From positions 1 to 8,607 of the forward strand of contig SCQK01000024.1 of assembly GCA_004321885.1 (NCBI GenBank): a stretch of DNA of 8,607 nucleotides. Reading direction: 5' to 3'. The stretch is from Patescibacteria group bacterium. GTDB lineage: Bacteria; Patescibacteriota; Patescibacteriia; Magasanikbacterales; GWA2-37-8. Below are positions 1 through 6,126 of the stretch, piece after piece (positions within the stretch are counted from its first letter, which is position 1; every line of letters begins with the position of its first letter). Under the pieces are notes generated by a model that was given only the letters and a program-made list of their open reading frames with translations, was not told the DNA's origin and did not search any database. The translations under genes and the position numbers were made by a program.

Positions 1-346
1 CCCCCAGATTGGTAGAGAGTTCATAGTCGAGACTATACGGCGAAAAGAAGTGCGATGGCGTGATGCAATGGTACCTGACGATTTTTACGCCGCCGGCATG
101 CCGTAATATGTCCCATCCTGACTGCCAATGGGTCGCATGGTGATAGATAGTGAGGCATTCGTCTGTTGCCGCCCAATCGGGGTAGTCCGACAACGGGGAG
201 GACAGCCAACTGAGGTTATCGGACCATTGATGCGCAAATACTCTGGCAGGGATGCCGACGTTTCTTAGCGCTCCACACATGCCCAGGATATCGTTTCCTA
301 CCGCATCCCCATCCTGGAACATTGGAGCGAGAAGGGCTACCCGCAT
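1..346 (-). CDS. Partial CDS (N-terminal ~115 aa; continues past the window edge), possible glycosyltransferase-like protein
   Basis: Absent from the ORF track because it runs off the window. Minus-strand ATG at 346..344 is preceded by GGGAG with a 5-nt spacer (gcGGGAGaagtcATG). The frame stays open for all 115 codons down to position 1 (MRVALLAPMFQDGDAVGNDILGMCGALRNVGIPARVFAHQWSDN...). The N-terminus loosely resembles the start of GT-B (GT4-like) glycosyltransferases; this functional call is weak. It is on the same strand as the coiled-coil gene and 114 bp downstream of it, which fits the same operon. Confidence 0.45.
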   Translation of the reverse strand, partial: MRVALLAPMFQDGDAVGNDILGMCGALRNVGIPARVFAHQWSDNLSWLSSPLSDYPDWAATDECLTIYHHATHWQSGWDILRHAGGVKIVRYHCITPSHFFSPYSLDYELSTNLG

Positions 347-460
347 GACTTCTCCCGCCTGCCAACCTAATCTGTGTGGAATATGTCGAAAATTTACTGA
401 AGGGTAGTATGGCGAACGCAGAGAAGCCAACGGGAACCCTGCACGACCGACCTGCTGTCG

Positions 461-1159
461 CTACTCAACCTCTGTTTTTCGTTTCGTCTGCTCGGCGCCG
501 GCCAATACCTGATCCTCAAGCTGGCTGTAGATCTGCGCAATGGCGTGGTCATACTCGACCCTCAGGCTCTCGATCCGGTCCCAGGCCTCGGTGAGCCGAT
601 CCCGGAGGTAAAGGAGATTTGCCAGTTGATTGTCGAGATCGGTATTTCGCTTCGCAAGCTCATCGAGCCGGAGCTTCAGGAGGCCCGCCGCGTAATTGTG
701 CCGAGCCTCATGCTCTTCGAGCGCTTGGCGGTGCCGATTCATGTGCTCCTCGAGCGCTTGGCGGTGCCGACTCGCATGCTCCTCGAGCGCGGGTAACAGG
801 CGATTCAACAGCTCGACAAGGCTTGTGTTGAACGCCTCCTGTCGAACGAAGATCGCCCGGTGATACGGAGCCAATATCCGCCTCAACCATCGCTTCACTC
901 GTTCCTTCAGAGCGCTTCCGCCGGCGGCAATGACCCCCTGGGGTTTCGGATCGCGGAGCCGGTTCAGCATGGTCAGATAGTGGCCCAGCGACTCGATAAG
1001 CGCCTGGCCAGGAGGGGACTCAGGGGGTTCGATAGGGCGTACTTCGTGGCCCTCCGCCTCCGATGGGCGCTGCGCCCGTTGCCTCTCGAGATGCTCCCTT
1101 ACTGTGGCCATGATCTTTTCGACGTCGATCTCGCGATCGTTACCATCAATGATTTCCAT
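461..1159 (-). CDS. Hypothetical coiled-coil protein (232 aa) encoded directly downstream of wzt; candidate chain-length/scaffold protein
   Basis: Complete ORF with ATG at 1159..1157 and GGGGA 6 nt upstream (caacaGGGGAcactcaATG), 27 nt after the wzt stop. The C-terminal two thirds are rich in E/R/L/Q/H with heptad/hendecad-like periodicity (ALEEHASRHRQALEEHMNRHRQALEEHEARH..., LDELAKRNTDLDNQLANLLYLRDRLTEAWDRIESLRVEY) and show no TM segment. It contains an in-frame 33-bp tandem repeat. I recognise no enzymatic motif. Confidence 0.6.
   Translation of the reverse strand: MEIIDGNDREIDVEKIMATVREHLERQRAQRPSEAEGHEVRPIEPPESPPGQALIESLGHYLTMLNRLRDPKPQGVIAAGGSALKERVKRWLRRILAPYHRAIFVRQEAFNTSLVELLNRLLPALEEHASRHRQALEEHMNRHRQALEEHEARHNYAAGLLKLRLDELAKRNTDLDNQLANLLYLRDRLTEAWDRIESLRVEYDHAIAQIYSQLEDQVLAGAEQTKRKTEVE
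711..790. repeat. In-frame 33-bp tandem repeat (~2.4 copies) inside the coiled-coil gene
   Basis: Units are 711-743 ctcttcgagcgcttggcggtgccgattcatgtg, 744-776 ctcctcgagcgcttggcggtgccgactcgcatg, then a partial third copy ctcctcgagcgc from 777. Identity between full units is about 28/33. They encode the 11-residue repeats LEEHASRHRQA / LEEHMNRHRQA / LEEHEARH. Confidence 0.65.
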
Positions 1160-1186
1160 TGAGTGTCCCCTGTTGACGACGACCGA

Positions 1187-2872
1187 TCATTCCGCAAGGA
1201 TTTCCCGGATGGCAAGTCCCAACTCCCGCGTATCGCGGCTTCCTGGGATCGTGTCGCAGGGCCTCCAGAAGGAATCGAGGGAAATGCCGATCGGGATGAT
1301 CTGATTCACATACGCGTCCGGAATCCGCACAGACAGGACCTGCGGCCCAGAATTCTTCAGGCTAAACCGGCCGATGACTTTCTCCAGGATCTGCACCGCG
1401 CCATCGAGTGGTCTATCGCCGGCGTCGAGTCTCGTCATGACGACCTCCACTCGAAGGTCATTCGTCTTCGGCCGGAGCGCAAAGGCACAGTTCTGTCGGG
1501 ACCATCGGAACGCCCCCGCCTCGTTCCGCTCCCCCTCGTACCACCCCTGGAGCAGGAACTTCTCGGACCGTTCATCCATCGACAGGCGGGCGGGAGCATC
1601 CTCAAACATCTCTCCGAACGAACTCTCTTCCAGCTCGCCGGGCCGCTTGCTCCACCGCACGACCGGGTAGAGTTTCGCGACGCCGACGAACTGAAAATCG
1701 CCGGAGGGTATGACCTTGAACGAGAGCACCCGATCGACCCAATCAAAACACTCGTGAACGTGAACATCGAGCGTGTGAATCGCCACCGTGATAGTATAGT
1801 CGCCCGGACCCACGTCCAGCACCATGGTGAACTCGATCTCTAGAACCTCTCCAGATACGAAGGCACCAAGGCGGTGGCCGAAGTGAAACGTGTTCGTCCC
1901 AAAGACATCCAGACCAAGGCGGTCCCGAATCAACATGCCTACCGTCGGGTCCTCGATCGCCTCGAAGAACATCGCGCGGATTGCAACGGTGACCTTCTGG
2001 CCGGCGACGAGTATGCCGCGACTCTCGCCGCGTTCATCCAGAAGCTCGACCCGCGAGATGATGGCGCCGAAGTTGCCGGATCGGCGGCCGGCGCCCCCCC
2101 CCTCCTGCTCAACGCCACGAGTGATCATGTGGGGCTTGCTTCCGCTGCTCTGTTTGGCGATTAAGGCGTTATAGAGGTCCAGGACGTCATCAGGTTTGCC
2201 CACCTCGATCACTCTTCCTTCGTGGAAAAGTGCCACCGCGTCGCAGAGCGACTTGACGGCCACGAGGTCATGCGATGCGATCAGTGCCGTGACCCCTCGC
2301 TCTTTAAATGCCTTCATCCGCTTGGCGCACTTTTGCTGGAAGTACGCGTCGCCCACGGATAGGATCTCGTCGATCAAGAGCACCTGCGGGTCAATGCTTG
2401 CCGCCAGCGCAAATCCCAGGCGAAGCTGCATCCCGGCGGAATAGGTTCGCATGGGCAAATCGATGAATTCCCCCAACTCGGCAAAGGCGACGATTTCATC
2501 TAACCGTTCCACAATCTCTTCGCGAGAAAGCCCGAGCAGTCTTCCATTCATCAGAATGTTTTGCCGTCCTGTAAACTCGCCGTGAAATCCGGTCCCTAGC
2601 TCCAACAGGCTGACGACCCGATCTCCCATTTTAAAGGAACCTTCGGTCGGCTTCGTGACCCCCGTCAAGATTCTCAACAGTGTGCTTTTCCCGGCGCCGT
2701 TTTGGCCGATAACCCCCAGCGCGACGCCGGGAGGGATCGATAGGTTGATATTTCTGAGCGCCCAGAATTCGCGATGACAGATCTTTCGCCCGCCGGAAAG
2801 CCATTCCTTTATACGGTCGGCCGGCCTGAGGTAGACCTTATATCGCTTGGACAGGTTGGTGATGTCAATCAC
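1187..2872 (-). CDS. wzt: O-antigen/glycan ABC transporter ATP-binding protein Wzt (KpsT/TagH family), unusually long at 561 aa with an extended C-terminal region
   Basis: GTG start at 2872..2870 with GGAGG 7 nt upstream. The N-terminus matches the Wzt/KpsT/TagH pattern (NLSKRYKVY...DRIKE...EFWALRNINLSIPPGVALGVIGQNGAGKSTLLRIL). Walker A is GQNGAGKST, the family-specific signature is YSAGMQLRLGFALA, and Walker B is LLIDEILSVGDAYFQQKC. About 300 residues follow the nucleotide-binding domain, consistent with a Wzt-type C-terminal glycan-binding beta-sandwich plus a further ~140 aa. It sits 27 nt downstream of wzm. Confidence 0.9.
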   Translation of the reverse strand: MIDITNLSKRYKVYLRPADRIKEWLSGGRKICHREFWALRNINLSIPPGVALGVIGQNGAGKSTLLRILTGVTKPTEGSFKMGDRVVSLLELGTGFHGEFTGRQNILMNGRLLGLSREEIVERLDEIVAFAELGEFIDLPMRTYSAGMQLRLGFALAASIDPQVLLIDEILSVGDAYFQQKCAKRMKAFKERGVTALIASHDLVAVKSLCDAVALFHEGRVIEVGKPDDVLDLYNALIAKQSSGSKPHMITRGVEQEGGGAGRRSGNFGAIISRVELLDERGESRGILVAGQKVTVAIRAMFFEAIEDPTVGMLIRDRLGLDVFGTNTFHFGHRLGAFVSGEVLEIEFTMVLDVGPGDYTITVAIHTLDVHVHECFDWVDRVLSFKVIPSGDFQFVGVAKLYPVVRWSKRPGELEESSFGEMFEDAPARLSMDERSEKFLLQGWYEGERNEAGAFRWSRQNCAFALRPKTNDLRVEVVMTRLDAGDRPLDGAVQILEKVIGRFSLKNSGPQVLSVRIPDAYVNQIIPIGISLDSFWRPCDTIPGSRDTRELGLAIREILAE

Positions 2873-2899
2873 CGGTGCGCCTCCCTTGTCGGGCCTGCC

Positions 2900-3811
2900 T
2901 CATACCTCATCAACGATTTCATCTTTCAGGCGGAAGAAGATTGCGGACCCTATGGTCAGGCTTATCAGGGACAGCATGGCTGCTATCCCAAGGGTTGACC
3001 ACGATGGGAAGGCGCCGTCGAGGATCACCGAGTGATATCCCCGGATGAAATGATACATGGGATTGAGTTGAAAGAAGCCCCTCGCGCCCTCGGGCAATAT
3101 GCTCTCCAGATACACGACAGGAGTCAGCCAGAACCACACCTGTAGCCCGATCCCGACCAACTGCGAGATGTCCCTGAGAAAAACATTCAATGCGGACAGA
3201 ATCAGTCCCAGTCCGAAGGCGAAGGTGAACTGAAGGATGAGCAGGACCGGGAGCGCAAGATAGGCAACTCTGAGCCTATGTCCGGTCAGGACGAGAAAGA
3301 CAAGGAAAATAGAGAACCCGATCAGGAAGTTGACGAAGCTCGAAAAGGCAATTGAGCCGCCCAGCAGCTTCTTGGGAAAGCTCATTTTTTTGAGGAGCCA
3401 CGCCTGATCCAGAAAGACCGTGGTCGAACGACTGATCACCTCGACGAAAGCGTTCCAGGGCAGAAGGCCGGCGCACAAATATATGCTGTAGCCATACACG
3501 TCGCTCATCCCCGGGAGCTTCGCCCCCATGACACGCGAAAAAACCATGGTATAGATGATAATCATCGCCAAAGGATGAATGACGTTCCAGACGATTCCCA
3601 TGAGGGAGCCGGCATATCGACTTTTGAGGTCCCTGACCAAAAAATTCAGAAGCAGGTCTCGGTGACCGACCATATCGTCGATCGTAGTCTTTAGATACGA
3701 GGGAGAAAACCGATTCGGGCGAGACGGCGTCCCAGATGCGGGCAGAGACGTGTGACGGTGATGGCCTGTTTCGAATCGCGGTCCATGAAAAGAAAAAACC
3801 GGTTTGCTCAC
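2900..3811 (-). CDS. wzm: ABC-2 type polysaccharide exporter permease Wzm (KpsM/TagG family)
   Basis: The motif LLLNFLVRDLKSRYAGSLMGIVWNVIHPL is the characteristic N-proximal motif of ABC-2 permeases (compare RELIWNLVRRDLKVRYKGS). It is followed by about six hydrophobic TM segments. The GTG start at 3811..3809 has AAGGA 6 nt upstream. An alternative internal ATG at 3673 has no SD, so I prefer 3811. The gene is directly upstream of wzt, the classic wzm-wzt arrangement. Confidence 0.88.
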   Translation of the reverse strand: MSKPVFSFHGPRFETGHHRHTSLPASGTPSRPNRFSPSYLKTTIDDMVGHRDLLLNFLVRDLKSRYAGSLMGIVWNVIHPLAMIIIYTMVFSRVMGAKLPGMSDVYGYSIYLCAGLLPWNAFVEVISRSTTVFLDQAWLLKKMSFPKKLLGGSIAFSSFVNFLIGFSIFLVFLVLTGHRLRVAYLALPVLLILQFTFAFGLGLILSALNVFLRDISQLVGIGLQVWFWLTPVVYLESILPEGARGFFQLNPMYHFIRGYHSVILDGAFPSWSTLGIAAMLSLISLTIGSAIFFRLKDEIVDEV

Positions 3812-4039
3812 TTCACATCCTTGGCCTTCGATGACTGCGCTCTATAAGAAACTCTCCGGCGTGACCTCTTCGATCTTGACAGTCTGATCCCCGGTTGCAC
3901 CCTTTGCCGGGAGAATCATATCCTGAACGCCTTGGAGGAGGCGAACGAAACGCTGAGCTCGCAGATCCAGAAGGTTATCCCGTTATGACCCTCGAATCGG
4001 CGGCGTGAGGACCCCAGGCACGGAAGATTTTCTGAGCAA

Positions 4040-4090
4040 CTCTTTTATTGACGTTTGAATTTATCACATTAAATCGACTGCGGGCAAGGT
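4040..4090 (-). promoter_or_regulatory. AT-rich core of the 324-bp wzm-upstream intergenic region; putative promoter of the wzm-wzt operon
   Basis: Non-coding gap 3812-4135 between the GT2 stop and the wzm start. The only AT-rich patch is plus 4041-4080 (tcttttattgacgtttgaatttatcacattaaatcg). On the minus strand it reads TTGCCC-17 nt-ATAAAT (-35 at 4087..4082, -10 at 4064..4059), a weak sigma70-like match. The exact elements are not resolvable by eye. Confidence 0.25.
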
Positions 4091-4135
4091 TCTTTTGCGC
4101 CTATAGGTAACACATTCGCCCTCCGTAACAGGTTG

Positions 4136-5116
4136 TCAGGAGCGTTCTTTTGGTGGAGGGGCTTCGTCGGACGAGGGCGGCAATCCGTAGACGGTCCTCA
4201 CTAAATACAGCGGCCTGGCTTTCACCTCTTCCAACATGCGACCGATATATTCTCCGATTACTCCCAAGCAAATGAGTTGAACGCCCGCCATGAAAAGCAC
4301 GATGGTGACCAGGGAGGCCCAGCCGCTCGGGTGTATGGTGATCCCCAGGAATACTTTTAAAACAAAGATGAGTATCATGGCTAAGAAACCGATCAGAGCT
4401 GAAACGAGCCCCGCTATGCTCACCAATTGCAGGGGAACGACGGAAAAACCCACGAAACTATCGAAGGCGAGTCGGATAAGCGCCATAGTGCCGACTCTTG
4501 ATTCGGCGTCATAACGCGGGTTTCTGCCAAGCACTATGCCTGTCTGGCGGAAACCCACCCAACTGCGCAGGCCGGGAATGTAACGATTTCGTTCGGGCAG
4601 TTGATTGATAATTCGGACTATGCGGCGGTCCATGAGGGCGAAACTCCCGGCCTCTTCAACGTCGATCCCGGAAAATTTCTTATTGATCTTATGGAACAGC
4701 CGGAACGCGAGGCCTTTCATCCGGGAAACATTACGTTTGCCCCGCACCGCATAGACTACCTCCCAACCCTCTTGCCATTTTTCAAGAAAGCGAAGGATAT
4801 GTTCAGGATCGTCTTCTAAATCCGCGTCCATGACGATGGCGCAGTCTCCCTGGGCGTAGGAAAGACCGGCAGAAATGGCTCTGTGGTGGCCGAAATTTCT
4901 GGACAAGTCCACCACGGCAATCCGGGAGTCGCGGCCTTGCAAGGATAGCAGGACAGGCAGGGAGGAATCCGTGCTACCGTCGTTGACAAAAATAAAGCGA
5001 AAGTCGTAGGTCCTTTCTTGATTCGCTGCGGCGCACAACTTTTGGTAGAGCAGAGGAAGGCCCTGCGCCTCGTTGAAGAGGGGCACAATGACATCTATTT
5101 TTTTGTTGGTCGTCAA
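4136..5116 (-). CDS. Glycosyltransferase family 2, polyprenyl-phosphate sugar synthase type (DPM1/ArnC/GtrB-like) with C-terminal TM helices
   Basis: The N-terminal GT-A domain is KKIDVIVPLFNEAQGLP...FIFVNDGSTDSS...VVDLSRNFGHHRAISAGLSYAQGDCAIVMDADLEDDPE. The DxD motif is DAD, and SRNFG...AGL is typical of the Dol-P-Man synthase/ArnC/GtrB family. The C-terminus has two hydrophobic helices (LQLVSIAGLVSALIGFLAMILIFVL...LVTIVLFMAGVQLICLGVIGEYI), as in GtrB/ArnC. I call the start at the TTG 5116..5114 (MTTNKKIDVIVP...). It has GGAGG just upstream (4-nt spacer, a little short) and forms a TTGA overlap with the upstream stop. The ORF-track start at 5158 (also TTG) has no SD and would overlap the upstream gene by 46 nt. 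Confidence 0.85.
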   Translation of the reverse strand: MTTNKKIDVIVPLFNEAQGLPLLYQKLCAAANQERTYDFRFIFVNDGSTDSSLPVLLSLQGRDSRIAVVDLSRNFGHHRAISAGLSYAQGDCAIVMDADLEDDPEHILRFLEKWQEGWEVVYAVRGKRNVSRMKGLAFRLFHKINKKFSGIDVEEAGSFALMDRRIVRIINQLPERNRYIPGLRSWVGFRQTGIVLGRNPRYDAESRVGTMALIRLAFDSFVGFSVVPLQLVSIAGLVSALIGFLAMILIFVLKVFLGITIHPSGWASLVTIVLFMAGVQLICLGVIGEYIGRMLEEVKARPLYLVRTVYGLPPSSDEAPPPKERS

Positions 5117-6126
5117 ACAGCCTCCGGAATGTGAGCCGTTGAACTTTCCGTGAACCAATCGGCCAAGCGTTTTAAACCGTCCCGGTAGAAAATGTGTGGC
5201 TCGTAACGTAATTTGCGCCGGGCCTTTTCAATGTCATAGACATGATCCATTGTAAAATAACGAATAGTCTTTGGGTGAATCAGTCTTAGCGCGGGTGGCT
5301 TCAGCGCCTGGGGCACGAGGCGTAAGGCTCGAGCGGTCAAAGCCCCGAAGAGGTATGGAAGCCGTCGTGGAGGAGGGCTTTGCAGTAATTGAGCCAGATA
5401 GTCAAAAATGTTTTCTATTGTGGGCGCGCACGGCCCGGCCAGGTGATACATTTGACATCGCGCGTGGGAGCCGGCCTCCAAAGCCAGCAAGACGCCTTCG
5501 ACCACGTCCGAGACATGCGTGACATGCAGCCGCGCCTTGCCGTTTCCCAGAATCCAGAAATTTCCCGATTGGATTTTTCGCAGGGTTTCAGGCCAACCGT
5601 ACAGCATGCCTTCGCCATACAGTTGCGCAGGACGAAGGATGATCCAGTTGATATTGTTCAGCGAGCGGATCAGGCGTTCCGCTTCTTGCTTAGAGCGGCT
5701 GTATTTGGAAGGGGAGGTTTCGTAAGGCGTTTCCTCATCCGCTGGGCCTGATCGCGTCGGTCCTAGAACGCTTACCGTGCTGATATGGATAAAAAGAGCC
5801 TGTGGATTTTTTGCGCATGCCGCCTCTACAACATGTTTTGTTCCTTCCACATTCACAGAGCGGAATTTGCTGTAGGGCAGATGTTCATAGTTGCTCATCA
5901 GCGCCGCGCTATGAATGACGGTGTCTGGGGGGTCAATGGAGTGTTTCCAGATGTGCGGGCGCTCCAAATCACCTTCAACGACTCGGATACCTTGGCGTCT
6001 CCAGTGGTCGATCCCCTTTTGATTGGCAGGCCGGATTAACGCTTGGACATCATGGTCGAGTTGAAGGAGAGCGTTCGCTACACGGCCGCCCAAAAAACCT
6101 GTTATGCCGGTTAAAAAAATTTTCAA
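5113..6126 (-). CDS. NAD(P)-dependent epimerase/dehydratase-family SDR oxidoreductase (~337 aa)
   Basis: The Rossmann start MKIFLTGITGFLGGRVANALL (GxxGxxG) falls exactly where the proposed TTG start lies (6126..6124), overlapping the rSAM TGA stop as TTGA. The catalytic YxxxK is YSRSK, with the upstream S-containing strand HISTVSVLG. The ORF-track ATG at 6264 would add 46 non-Rossmann residues and overlap the rSAM gene by 141 nt, so I disfavour it. This start has no good SD (AGAGGA is about 15 nt upstream), consistent with coupling/reinitiation. Confidence 0.85.
   Translation of the reverse strand: MKIFLTGITGFLGGRVANALLQLDHDVQALIRPANQKGIDHWRRQGIRVVEGDLERPHIWKHSIDPPDTVIHSAALMSNYEHLPYSKFRSVNVEGTKHVVEAACAKNPQALFIHISTVSVLGPTRSGPADEETPYETSPSKYSRSKQEAERLIRSLNNINWIILRPAQLYGEGMLYGWPETLRKIQSGNFWILGNGKARLHVTHVSDVVEGVLLALEAGSHARCQMYHLAGPCAPTIENIFDYLAQLLQSPPPRRLPYLFGALTARALRLVPQALKPPALRLIHPKTIRYFTMDHVYDIEKARRKLRYEPHIFYRDGLKRLADWFTESSTAHIPEAV

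Noticed and set aside
376-594. 72-aa plus-strand ORF spanning the coiled-coil/next-gene intergenic region
   Set aside because: It overlaps the 3' end of the coiled-coil gene on the other strand. It has no SD and a low-complexity R/P/S-rich C-terminus.
1163-1843. 226-aa plus-strand ORF, and likewise 1374..1670, 1874..2164, 1890..2174 and 2196..2444, overlapping wzt on the opposite strand
   Set aside because: They lie entirely antisense to a high-confidence ABC ATPase gene in GC-rich DNA, where long antisense open frames arise by chance. They have no SD or recognisable motifs and their amino-acid composition is R/P/S-rich.
3848-3988. Plus-strand open frame without a start codon ending ...LNALEEANETLSSQIQKVIPL* in the wzm-upstream intergenic region; possible 3' relic of a lost gene
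   Set aside because: There is no ATG or GTG in frame; the only in-frame TTG, at 3932, gives 19 aa. A 46-codon stop-free stretch has about a 10% chance probability at this GC, so it is not significant without a homology search.
5389-5751. Plus-strand ORFs antisense to the SDR and rSAM genes (5271..5522, 5389..5751, 5519..5725, 5785..6039, 6180..6518, 6723..6926, 7290..7481)
   Set aside because: Shadow ORFs opposite well-supported genes. None has a convincing ribosome-binding site or domain signature.
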